Under the pieces are notes generated by a model that made no database searches, had not been told where the DNA came from, and saw nothing but the letters and a program-made list of their open reading frames with translations. Shown one piece after another: positions 39,450 through 47,396 of a stretch of DNA of 47,396 nt. Source of the stretch: an uncultured Gammaproteobacteria bacterium (GTDB lineage: Bacteria > Patescibacteriota > Microgenomatia > UBA10105 > UBA927); contig CAYHQC010000001.1 in NCBI GenBank assembly GCA_964358845.1, forward strand, positions 1 to 47,396, in the 5' to 3' direction. The translations under genes were made by a program, and so were the position numbers. Positions within the stretch are counted from its first letter, which is position 1; the number at the start of each line of letters is the position of its first letter.

Positions 39450-40148
39450 TCAGTTTTTGTTTCTCTTCTCAAGAGCTTTGGTGGCTGCGTCTTGTTCTGC
39501 TTCTTGTTTTGATTTCCCTTTGCCTTCTGCAAGCGGAGTCTCCCCCATCATCACTGCTACCCAAAATGTCTTGTCATGGTCAGGGCCTTCGCTTTTTATC
39601 ACTTTGTAGGTTGGTGATATTTTCGTTTCTTCTTGGATTATTTCCTGCAATAAACTTTTGTAATCGACGTAACTTTTATTTTTGATAATTGATTCGGTTT
39701 TAAAAAGTAGAACCTTCTCGACAAATTTTTTGGCGACCTCAATTCCCTGATCAAGAAAAATTGCTCCTAAAAGCGCTTCAAAACAATCAGCCAAAAGAGA
39801 CGGGTTGGTTCTACCTCCTGAACTTTCTTCGCCTTTGGAAAGAAGGAGTAATTGTCCCAAGTGAAGCTCAGCGCCAGTGATTGCTAAACTTGTCGTTTTG
39901 ACCAGTGTTGAGCGAACGTTTGTGAGCGTGCCTTCCGGATACTGCGGATACTTTCGATAGAGATACTCAGAAGTCACAAAGGATAACACCGCGTCCCCTA
40001 AAAACTCGAGTCGTTCATTGGACTGTGGGAATTCGCGGGACTCATTAAGATACGATCGATGTACAAAAGCATGCTTTAACAGCTGTTGATTGGTAAATGT
40101 CACGCCTATAGCGGTCTGAAGTGAATCTAGGTCATCTTTAAATTTCAT
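39450..40148 (-). CDS. rnc: Ribonuclease III
   Basis: [12 protein letters not shown] signature and a C-terminal dsRBD (GPDHDKTF...[13 protein letters not shown]). Confidence 0.93.
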   Translation of the reverse strand: MKFKDDLDSLQTAIGVTFTNQQLLKHAFVHRSYLNESREFPQSNERLEFLGDAVLSFVTSEYLYRKYPQYPEGTLTNVRSTLVKTTSLAITGAELHLGQLLLLSKGEESSGGRTNPSLLADCFEALLGAIFLDQGIEVAKKFVEKVLLFKTESIIKNKSYVDYKSLLQEIIQEETKISPTYKVIKSEGPDHDKTFWVAVMMGETPLAEGKGKSKQEAEQDAATKALEKRNKN

Positions 40149-40504
40149 ACGTTTTGTTCTTCTTTGACTATTGTACCAAGAACGCCGTTTATAAACTTTG
40201 CACTTTGATCATTGCCAAATTCTTTCGCAAGTTCTATGGCTTCATCGATGATGACTTTTATCGGAGCGTCTTTTTTGTAGAGGAGTTCATACAATGCGAG
40301 TCGCAGTATAGCCGCATCTATTTTTGCAATTTTTTCTATCGGCCAATCAGGAGCGGCACGTTCAATTTGTTTGTCGATAGAAGACAAGTTTACCAGTATT
40401 GGTTCGATCGCTTTATGATTGCGCTTGTCGTTGAAGCTATAGGAGAATAATGACTGCATGAGGGTAATGCGATGCTGATGACGAGGATCTTTGGCGGTCT
40501 TCAT
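40145..40504 (-). CDS. nusB: Transcription antitermination factor NusB
   Basis: [31 protein letters not shown]. Confidence 0.8.
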   Translation of the reverse strand: MKTAKDPRHQHRITLMQSLFSYSFNDKRNHKAIEPILVNLSSIDKQIERAAPDWPIEKIAKIDAAILRLALYELLYKKDAPIKVIIDEAIELAKEFGNDQSAKFINGVLGTIVKEEQNV

Positions 40505-40508
40505 GTCT

Positions 40509-40730
40509 TCACTTTTTTTTCTTGCCCTCCGAAGCCTTGGCGGAGGAGGGGATCTTTGGTGCTATAACAACTCTGTCTTTGTAGTATCCACAGTAATGGC
40601 ACATCCTGTGGGGCATCCTGCCCTTGCCGCATTTAGGACATGCTGAAATTTTTAGAAGAGACACAAAGAGAGCTGCTCTTCTTTTGCCTTTTCTTCTGGT
40701 TGAATGTTTGCGTTTTGGTAGTGGAGCCAT
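40509..40730 (-). CDS. rpmF: 50S ribosomal protein L32
   Basis: [19 protein letters not shown]...CPKCG...CHYCGYY. Confidence 0.85.
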   Translation of the reverse strand: MAPLPKRKHSTRRKGKRRAALFVSLLKISACPKCGKGRMPHRMCHYCGYYKDRVVIAPKIPSSAKASEGKKKK

Positions 40731-40733
40731 AAT

Positions 40734-42785
40734 TTAATCTGCTATAGACTCAATTTTACTCTCTTTTGTAGCTTCTCTCAATAGGGGAATTGTCGAAAGA
40801 TCAATTGGTTTGGCAAAAAGGAGTTCTACTTCTGTTTTTGCCGCATGGACGAGGGCTGAATCGGTGAAGCTGGCAATTTTTAGGTCCGGCAAGCCATGTT
40901 GGCGTGTGCCAAAGAGTTGGCCGGGTCCTCTCAGTGAGAGATCTAATTGCGCAAGCTCCGGTCCACTGTGGGTGGTCTCTAAAGCCTTTAGCCGTTTTAT
41001 CGCGAGCTCTGAAACATTTTCTGTAAAAAGTAAACAGTACGAGGAAAGATCACTGCGCCCAACACGGCCGCGAAGTTGGTGAAGTTGAGATAATCCAAAT
41101 CGGTCCGCAGCTTCTATAACCATAATAGTAGCTGTGGGTATATCTATCCCTACTTCGACAACTGGGGTAGTGACAAGTATATCCAATTTTTGTAATCGAA
41201 AATCTTTTAGGAGCATATCTTTTTCCTTGGGTTTTAAACGACCATGGAGAAGTCCCACACGAAAGTTTTTAAATTCGTAAGCTTTTAACCGTTCGTATTC
41301 TTGGGTTGCGGCTTTCACCGTTATGAGTGTATCGGATTCCTCGATAAGGGGGCAGACGATAAAGCTTTGTGTGTGATGAGTTTTTAGTTCTTTTCGTATC
41401 CATTCATAGGCTGCTTTGCGCTTTTCTTCTGGTACGACCCATGTGCTAATTTTTTTTCGGCCTTTTGGCATGGTAAGAAGGGTAGAAAGATCCATTTCGC
41501 CGTAGACGACTCGGGCAAGGGTACGAGGGATTGGAGTGGCGGTCATCGTCAGAAGATGAGGGGTGGATGTATTCTTTTTCGCGTTTAAGAGAATGTTTCG
41601 TTGTGTGACCCCGAAGCGCTGTTGCTCATCTATGACAACCAGACCGACATTTTGAATAGTTTCCGAATCGGAAAGAAGAGCGTGCGTGCCTATGGTGATA
41701 TGGGCATCCTCTTTGTCGTCATAATTTTTTTGTTCTTTTTTCTGACCTGTTATTAAACGAATTCGAATTGGCAGAGTGTGAAATATTTTTGTGATGGTGA
41801 GGTAATGTTGTGTCGCCAGTATTTGCGTCGGCGCCATAAGAATGGATGGAAACCCGCTTTGGTGGCTAATGTACATAGCAATTGTTGCTACCACAGTTTT
41901 TCCTGATCCTACATCTCCTTCCAATAGCCGATTCATCGACGTAGATTTGGCTACATCGCTTCGAATTTCTTTGATTGAGAGTAGCTGATCGTCTGTTAAA
42001 GTAAAAGGAAGTGAGGTAATAATTGCTTCGAGGGAATCATCGTTTATCGCAAGTACTGGTGCGTGGACAAGGCTTTCTCGTTGTTTTTTTCTGTACGCTG
42101 ATTTCGCGATCAAAAGAAACATTTCATCAAATGCCAATCGTTTTTTGCTCTCATATGCGTCGGAGAGCATTGAAGGGAAATGGACGTTTTGTAATGCAAT
42201 TGTTAGCGGTATGAGTTTTTGGCGGGTAAGAATCGTTTGTGGAAGTGATTCTTCTACTTTGGGTATGCACGTTTGTAAAATGAAGTTTATTCGTCCGCGG
42301 ATCCACTTGGATGTGACACCCGCGGTTTCAGGATACACCGGCACAAGTCTTCCTGTGTGTAAATGCGCGTCAATGCCGTCTGTACGTTCATAGACTGGTG
42401 ACTCGAGTACCAGCGTGTGACCAAACCAATTGGCTTTGCCGGATACTGCGATTTTCATAGCGGGCTTGAGTATTTTGGTTAGAAAGATTTGGTTGTACCA
42501 TAAACATTCGATGTGCCCTGTATCATCTGAGAGTACTGCCTTTTGCATCGGTTTTCCTGATTTGGTGAAAATATTGACGATTGACTCAATAGTGCCGGTG
42601 GTCGTCACTATTTCATTTGGTCGTATGCTACTGATTTTTGCGGTATGTGAAAAATCATCGTAGCGAAATGGGATGTGATAGAGAAGATCAAAAACGGTGT
42701 ATATTCCTAGCTTCTCTAATTTTTGGGCCATCATTGGTCCCACGCGCGGGACATATTGGGCTGGAGATGAGAGTTCTAGTTGCAT
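40734..42785 (-). CDS. recG: ATP-dependent DNA helicase RecG
   Basis: Wedge/OB N-terminal domain, FTLTDDQ, GDVGSGKT (Walker A), DEQQRFGV (DEQH-type box), QLHQLRGRVGR. Confidence 0.93.
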   Translation of the reverse strand: MQLELSSPAQYVPRVGPMMAQKLEKLGIYTVFDLLYHIPFRYDDFSHTAKISSIRPNEIVTTTGTIESIVNIFTKSGKPMQKAVLSDDTGHIECLWYNQIFLTKILKPAMKIAVSGKANWFGHTLVLESPVYERTDGIDAHLHTGRLVPVYPETAGVTSKWIRGRINFILQTCIPKVEESLPQTILTRQKLIPLTIALQNVHFPSMLSDAYESKKRLAFDEMFLLIAKSAYRKKQRESLVHAPVLAINDDSLEAIITSLPFTLTDDQLLSIKEIRSDVAKSTSMNRLLEGDVGSGKTVVATIAMYISHQSGFPSILMAPTQILATQHYLTITKIFHTLPIRIRLITGQKKEQKNYDDKEDAHITIGTHALLSDSETIQNVGLVVIDEQQRFGVTQRNILLNAKKNTSTPHLLTMTATPIPRTLARVVYGEMDLSTLLTMPKGRKKISTWVVPEEKRKAAYEWIRKELKTHHTQSFIVCPLIEESDTLITVKAATQEYERLKAYEFKNFRVGLLHGRLKPKEKDMLLKDFRLQKLDILVTTPVVEVGIDIPTATIMVIEAADRFGLSQLHQLRGRVGRSDLSSYCLLFTENVSELAIKRLKALETTHSGPELAQLDLSLRGPGQLFGTRQHGLPDLKIASFTDSALVHAAKTEVELLFAKPIDLSTIPLLREATKESKIESIAD

Positions 42786-42833
42786 GTGTAATCATATTGT
42801 ATCTTCGAATAGAACTTATTTCTACTAGTTTAT

Positions 42834-42868
42834 CCACCTCGGGGGTGGAATAGCTTCGCACATCGGGA
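42834..42868 (+). repeat. REP-A copy 3 (one mismatch), solitary, between the tyrS operon and recG
   Basis: CCACCTCGGGGGTGGAATAGCTTCGCACATCGGGA, 49 nt upstream of the recG start. The downstream ATATTA flank is shared with copy 2. Confidence 0.9.
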
Positions 42869-43074
42869 TATTACTTGATGCGTAGGCATGAAATTGAACA
42901 GTTTTTTTTGGAGAAGGAGAAGGGAATGGTTTCGTCTAGAAGACTCGACTAGCACTCTATGAGAGAATTATTGAAGGCCGCCGGCCAATAGCGGGATAAA
43001 GGATGTGGCTACCAAAGCCAAGGAAGCGATAACCACAATCACCTTCCAAACCATTTCATGTTTTCTAAAAAAGT

Positions 43075-44271
43075 TCATTGTAGTTTGATTGAGACAAATT
43101 TTTTCTTCCCTATTCTGACCATACTGCCATCTATGACCACTGATGATGCGGTGGCTTCTTCATTATCAATTTCTATTGCCTTTTGGTCAAGCAGGCGTTT
43201 GACCTCGGATTTGCTCGAAACAGTTCCGCTTGAGACTAGTACATCAATAATATTAAGAGATGCTATTGGATCCACGGATACTTGTTGTGCATCATCGGCT
43301 GTTGCAGCATTTCCTTTTTGGTGTATTGATTCAAACGCAACTTGCGCTTTTTCTGCATTTGCTTCGGAGTTAAATGCTCTGGTAAGTTCAAATGCTAATC
43401 TTTTTTTCCAAACCATCGGATTATCCCCTGCTTTCATTTTGTCTTTCATGGTTTCAATCTCATTCATCGGCATATCAGTAAGAAGCGTAAAACACGGAAT
43501 AATCGCATCATCTCCTAATGACATGATTTTGCCATAGAAATCCGTTGGTTCATCAGTAAGCCCAATAACATTGTTTTCAGTTTTTCCAATTTTAACTCCC
43601 TTAGCATCAGCAAGAAGCGGCACGGTCATGACAAATTTTTCTTTATTCAGCATGTTTTTCACAAGCGTTCTGCCCGCCAACATATTAAATGTTTGATCAC
43701 TGCCTCCGAGTTCTAGATTTACTTGCATAGCGACAGAATCGTATCCCTGAAGCAGCGGATATAAGAATTCCCGAAGGTTAATTGGGTCTCCTGCTTTCAT
43801 ACGAACCTGATACATATCGCGCTCTATCATTTGTTGTACGGTGAAGTTTTGTGCGATGTTTAGCATATCTTCAAGTTTTAATTTCGTCAGCCAGTCGCCG
43901 TTGTAGAGAATTTCTACTGGATTTTCTCCTTCAAAACGGACGATTTTAGAAGCCTGCAGTAAGTATGCTTTCGCATTATCGCGCAATTCTTCACCGGACA
44001 TAAATTTTCCACGAGCTTTCATTTTACCGGATGGATCACCCGCAAGTCCTGTACCATCACCGACTAAAAATATTACTTTGTGTCCTAAATCTTGCCACTG
44101 ACGTAATTTTCGAAATCCCACGGCATGTCCGATATGAAGTTGTGTTCCCGTCGGATCAAACCCTTGGTAGAGTTTTAACTTTTTTCCACTGCGAAGTACT
44201 GTCTCCAATGCTTCTTTGGTAGGATATATCGTATCAACTCCACGTGTAAGTAATACATCGATCTCATCCAT
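43075..44271 (-). CDS. tyrS: Tyrosyl-tRNA synthetase, full length with C-terminal S4-like domain
   Basis: GFDPTGTQLHIGHAV (HIGH), GDGTGLAGDPSGK, ELGGSDQTFN, KIGKTE (KFGKT-type KMSKS), C-terminal SKSEVKRLLDQKAIEID. Confidence 0.92.
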   Translation of the reverse strand: MDEIDVLLTRGVDTIYPTKEALETVLRSGKKLKLYQGFDPTGTQLHIGHAVGFRKLRQWQDLGHKVIFLVGDGTGLAGDPSGKMKARGKFMSGEELRDNAKAYLLQASKIVRFEGENPVEILYNGDWLTKLKLEDMLNIAQNFTVQQMIERDMYQVRMKAGDPINLREFLYPLLQGYDSVAMQVNLELGGSDQTFNMLAGRTLVKNMLNKEKFVMTVPLLADAKGVKIGKTENNVIGLTDEPTDFYGKIMSLGDDAIIPCFTLLTDMPMNEIETMKDKMKAGDNPMVWKKRLAFELTRAFNSEANAEKAQVAFESIHQKGNAATADDAQQVSVDPIASLNIIDVLVSSGTVSSKSEVKRLLDQKAIEIDNEEATASSVVIDGSMVRIGKKKFVSIKLQ

Positions 44272-44285
44272 ATAGATATTTTACA

Positions 44286-45236
44286 CTATATCATATTTTT
44301 GAGTTGAGGATGCCCGTTTATAAACATTGTTTCAGCCAACATAGCTTTTTGCATTCCGTGAACATCAGAAACTATGATACGTGCCAATAGTCGTTTGGCC
44401 GTCAACGGATGCAGTGTATTGATGACACCATCATCCGTTGTTGTACACAGCTTAAAGAATATTGCGATATCTGTATCATGGATTTTCATAATTTTATTAA
44501 ACTGTGTAGCAGGATCCTCTTCCATGCCGATGAAGTTGTCGGCGCTTTTGCTCATTTTTTCTGCTCCATCAGTGCCAGGTAAGTACTCAAGAAGCAGCGC
44601 CTCCTCTGGGGGAAGGCCGAATTTTTCCATGACCTGACGAGTCATAAGAAAATTAAATTTCTGATCAGGACCACCAAGCTCAATGTCTGCTTTGATCGCT
44701 ACACTGTCAAACGCCATAAGGAGCGTGTAGAACATTTCGTGGAATCCTAATGGTTTTCCAAGTTTTTCGCGCATGCGAAACGTTTCATGCCGCATGAGTT
44801 GTTCTTTTGTAACCGTTGCCATTAATCGGATAGTTTGTTCAAGTGTGAGTGTGTTGTACCATTCGCTTTGAAAATGTACTTCAGTTTTTTCTATATCAAT
44901 GAATTTGGCAGCAAAACTTGTGAACCGCTTCGCATTTTCTTGTGTTTGAGCAAGAGTGAGCATATTTCGCGTATCACTTTTTCCTACAGGATCCCCAATT
45001 TGCGCAGTGAAATCTCCGATGATAAATACGGCAGTGTGACCCATATTTTGAAATTCACGCAATTTTCGAAGTGGCACGGTATGCCCCAAGTGAAAAGATG
45101 TCGCCGTTGGATCTATACCATATTTGATTCGAAGTGGTGTGTTGGCTGATAGCTTCTTTATCATTTCGTTTTTTTCAATAACCTCACACACACCATGAGT
45201 CAGTAATTTGTTAATAGCGTCAGTTTGATTGTTCAT
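44286..45236 (-). CDS. TyrRS paralog: catalytic core with intact HLGH and KMSKS, no C-terminal S4 domain
   Basis: YGIDPTATSFHLGHTV, IIGDFTAQIGDPVGKS, ELGGPDQKFN, KMSKS. 316 aa versus 398 aa for the neighbouring tyrS. Confidence 0.8.
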   Translation of the reverse strand: MNNQTDAINKLLTHGVCEVIEKNEMIKKLSANTPLRIKYGIDPTATSFHLGHTVPLRKLREFQNMGHTAVFIIGDFTAQIGDPVGKSDTRNMLTLAQTQENAKRFTSFAAKFIDIEKTEVHFQSEWYNTLTLEQTIRLMATVTKEQLMRHETFRMREKLGKPLGFHEMFYTLLMAFDSVAIKADIELGGPDQKFNFLMTRQVMEKFGLPPEEALLLEYLPGTDGAEKMSKSADNFIGMEEDPATQFNKIMKIHDTDIAIFFKLCTTTDDGVINTLHPLTAKRLLARIIVSDVHGMQKAMLAETMFINGHPQLKNMI

Positions 45237-45237
45237 A

Positions 45238-46125
45238 TTACCTCCTTTTGAAAATAGTATTTATAATGTGTTGAGCTTTATTTGGAATTGAACGTGATGA
45301 TATGGATCCACATTGTTTTTCAAATGCGCGGGCAATTGTCGCGATATGTTTTGTGGTACCACCGAAATGTGGATCATTCCAGCCGCATAACGCTCGCGCA
45401 AACTTTTCTAAAGCGTTTTCGTGCGGATCTAAGAGCAATCGCGTCTCACCATCGATTGAAATGTATGGTGATACTTTTTGTCGATGTTTATCAAAGGTGC
45501 GTCCAGACTTCGTATGCAAAAATGCTACTGGTATCGCTATATGTTTTTTGAGCTCTGTGTCGAAAAAACGTTCATCATGACCAGACGGCTCAGGAGAACT
45601 ATCAATAGTCCAGCCAAGTTTTATGCCAAGATTATGATGTTCTTTGAGCCATAAAATATCTGCAAGCTCATGTCGTAAGTACTGATTGTCCATAGCGGGA
45701 AGTGATGTAAGTATATTTTGAAAAGATGGATTGGATGATATCGTCGAATGAACAATAATTCGAAAATTTACTAAATGTAACGTATGGATAATTTTGTTAC
45801 ATAATTGCTTCGTGCGATCGGTAAGGTTTATTATTAGTTCTTCGGACATAAATGAGTTTGTGCGTGCGTGTGAATCTGCAATAAGAATAATGACTTCGGA
45901 TAAGCCAAAAAATTGTTTCAGCCTTTCTGCGATGAGAAAGAAGCTTAGAATATCAAATGGTATAGCTATTGCGGGTTTTTTATCAGTGCATAGTCCTACA
46001 CCAAAAAATATGCTTTTTTTTTGAAATGTTGAGGCATCAAACGTATTGAGCGCCACGCAACAAGACGCCGCTTCCAAGAGTGGTTCATTGTGTATGAACG
46101 TATGTACTTCATGTTGTGTAATCAT
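45238..46125 (-). CDS. Hypothetical protein (paralog B), possibly a divergent class Ic aaRS-like Rossmann fold lacking HIGH and KMSKS
   Basis: Start reset to ATG 46125 because the ORF-track extension runs through the tRNA. Shares FFGVG, ILIADSHA, GIKLGW, HDERFFD and SPYI with ORF 46220-47080. Confidence 0.6.
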   Translation of the reverse strand: MITQHEVHTFIHNEPLLEAASCCVALNTFDASTFQKKSIFFGVGLCTDKKPAIAIPFDILSFFLIAERLKQFFGLSEVIILIADSHARTNSFMSEELIINLTDRTKQLCNKIIHTLHLVNFRIIVHSTISSNPSFQNILTSLPAMDNQYLRHELADILWLKEHHNLGIKLGWTIDSSPEPSGHDERFFDTELKKHIAIPVAFLHTKSGRTFDKHRQKVSPYISIDGETRLLLDPHENALEKFARALCGWNDPHFGGTTKHIATIARAFEKQCGSISSRSIPNKAQHIINTIFKRR

Positions 46126-46126
46126 A

Positions 46127-46216
46127 GGTGCGGAGAGAGGGATTTGAACCCCCGAAGCGTCTTTTGAACGCAACAGATTTACAGTCTGTTCCAATTAGCC
46201 TCTCTGGCATCTCCGC
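46127..46216 (-). tRNA. tRNA-Tyr (anticodon GTA), bacterial class II type with long variable arm
   Basis: Hand-folded. 7-bp acceptor GCGGAGA/TCTCCGC, anticodon arm ACAGA-CTGTAAA-TCTGT, variable arm GCGT-loop-ACGC, T arm GGGGG-TTCAAAT-CCCTC, discriminator A, G1:C72. Genomic CC follows but the final A is not encoded. Confidence 0.9.
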
Positions 46217-46219
46217 ATA

Positions 46220-47080
46220 TTATTTCGCACATGCATCTACAATTTTTTGAATTTGCTTGAACGGATCAACTCCTCTTGGTGACCTCCCTTCTAATCGCGA
46301 CACGCTATTTCCTAGATTTACGAGTAGATTATGAAAATCATTTCCCATTGCGATTTCTTTTAATCTTTTTCGTACATCAGGAATTGCTTGGCCTAATGCA
46401 AAGTCCGGCGACCCAATGTATGGGGGAGCGAGATGGTGATTACCAAGAATGTCCTTGGTAGTTTTCATCCCTTCAAGGGTGCGTATGAAACCCATATGTT
46501 TTTTCAGATTGGGATTATCGTTTCTTGCGAACTGATCGAAATCTCTTTCATCCCATCGCAAGGGACCGATAATTGGTTTTTTCCGTGACTGCCAGCCGAC
46601 TTTGACTCCCACTTTGAGCACCGTTCGTGCATGTTCCATGTCATCGGCTTCCATTTCTGGATAGCTTGTCCGTGCGCTCATTTGCCACTGTGATGCATTT
46701 GATGACTGGATGATACGTATATCCGGCTCACCTAATGCTGAAAATAGTTTTTGTATGACCTCTGTAGCTTTATTGGCACTTTTTCTAATATTTTCTGTTT
46801 GACAGATATCATTGGCAAATCGCACTGCATGACCGTCTGCAATTAATACATTAATTTTTGAAGAAGCTCCTTGATGTTGTGCAGTCCGCGCAGTTTCGAT
46901 CGCTGTGACGGCCATGCCAATGACTCCAATGCCTATATCTGTGTTTACCATCCCTTTACGTTGTGCAACACCGATGCCCATAAAAACATTCGTGCCCTCA
47001 CCCTCTCCTTGCGGTGGTTGGATAGCAGCAATGATATTTCTATGCTTCTTTTCTACTTCGTGTAATATTTCTCTAATCAT
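46220..47080 (-). CDS. Hypothetical protein (paralog A of 45238-46125), possibly class Ic aaRS-like
   Basis: FMGIGV, NVLIADGHAV, GVKVGW, WDERDFD and APPYI are collinear with paralog B. The stop lies 3 nt before the tRNA 5' end. Confidence 0.6.
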   Translation of the reverse strand: MIREILHEVEKKHRNIIAAIQPPQGEGEGTNVFMGIGVAQRKGMVNTDIGIGVIGMAVTAIETARTAQHQGASSKINVLIADGHAVRFANDICQTENIRKSANKATEVIQKLFSALGEPDIRIIQSSNASQWQMSARTSYPEMEADDMEHARTVLKVGVKVGWQSRKKPIIGPLRWDERDFDQFARNDNPNLKKHMGFIRTLEGMKTTKDILGNHHLAPPYIGSPDFALGQAIPDVRKRLKEIAMGNDFHNLLVNLGNSVSRLEGRSPRGVDPFKQIQKIVDACAK

Positions 47081-47082
47081 AT

Positions 47083-47289
47083 TTAACCCTCCGAAAAATC
47101 ATCATGCCATTTTCTGCGAACGGCACTTTTTGGATCTGTATCTGGTATTTTTTTAGTTTCATCCTTTTCTATTTTTGGCTTCTCAACCATAAATACACTT
47201 GTCCCCAAAGACGGTGGCATGATATTGCCTTGCATGTCTCGAAGGTTTTCGCGTATAAATTCTAATGTTCCCTTAATTTTTTCTAACAT
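47083..47289 (-). CDS. Small 68-aa ORF, first cistron after the T-box leader
   Basis: AGGAGG at 47301-47306 (minus strand), 11 nt before the ATG at 47289. Its stop is 2 nt before the start of paralog A. No recognisable motif. Confidence 0.45.
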   Translation of the reverse strand: MLEKIKGTLEFIRENLRDMQGNIMPPSLGTSVFMVEKPKIEKDETKKIPDTDPKSAVRRKWHDDFSEG

Positions 47290-47311
47290 AATAATTTTCA
47301 CCTCCTTTCAA

Positions 47312-47369
47312 ACAAAAAAACGCCCGTGCAAGTCGCCCAGAAAATTTCTGAGTAACCTGCAAGGGCGTT
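47312..47369 (-). terminator. Intrinsic terminator of the T-box leader
   Basis: Minus strand: AACGCCCTTGCAGG, loop, CTTGCACGGGCGTT, then TTTTTTT. About 13 bp of stem with one mismatch. Confidence 0.75.
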
Positions 47370-47396
47370 CGATAAAGAACACGGTACCACCTTGTT
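47312..47396 (-). promoter_or_regulatory. T-box riboswitch, 3' portion only (T-box sequence, antiterminator, terminator); the specifier loop lies beyond the window edge
   Basis: Minus strand AACAAGGUGGUACCGUG matches the conserved T-box motif. The antiterminator folds as CAAGG, 7-nt bulge UGGUACC, GUGUUC, UUUAUC, GAACGC, CCUUG. Its 3' arm is shared with the terminator 5' arm. Confidence 0.8.

Noticed and set aside
42968-43054. 28-aa hydrophobic minus-strand ORF (MVWKVIVVIASLALVATSFIPLLAGGLQ) just downstream of tyrS
   Set aside because: It could be a small membrane peptide, but it is very short, has no clear SD, and cannot be judged without conservation or expression data.

Overview
AT-rich bacterial window with compact, often overlapping genes. 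The content suggests a Candidate Phyla Radiation (Patescibacteria)-type genome, but that is inference; no search was run, and all homology calls come from motifs read in the ORF translations. Layout: (1) 1-1243, an ORF-free repeat-rich stretch. (2) 1244-8746, xerC-type recombinase, a CPBP protease / ATP-grasp / C39-like peptidase trio, folD, and two SIMPL paralogs. (3) 9052-14935, gyrA-ppa-gyrB-holB. (4) 14984-38247, a large type IV pilus locus: pilB, pilT, pilC, pilin, two polytopic glycosyltransferase-like proteins, pilD, four prepilin-like genes, three large secreted proteins, PilX-like, pilM, pilN, pilO. Two IS200-like/RAYT tyrosine-transposase genes with their own REP-like repeats interrupt this locus. 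(5) 38228-42785, trmD, KH protein, rpsP, rnc, nusB, rpmF, recG. (6) 43075-47396, the most unusual part: a minus-strand operon that starts with the 3' half of a T-box riboswitch (antiterminator and terminator readable). It then runs small ORF, aaRS-like paralog A, tRNA-Tyr(GUA) with 3-nt spacers on each side, aaRS-like paralog B, a TyrRS paralog lacking the C-terminal S4 domain, and a full-length TyrRS. Also notable: two REP families share a conserved core with covarying hairpin arms. A 3.1-kb module is bounded by a perfect 39-bp inverted repeat. A family of GC-rich CCCGCC/GGCGGG palindromes occurs in intergenic spacers and in frame inside two genes.
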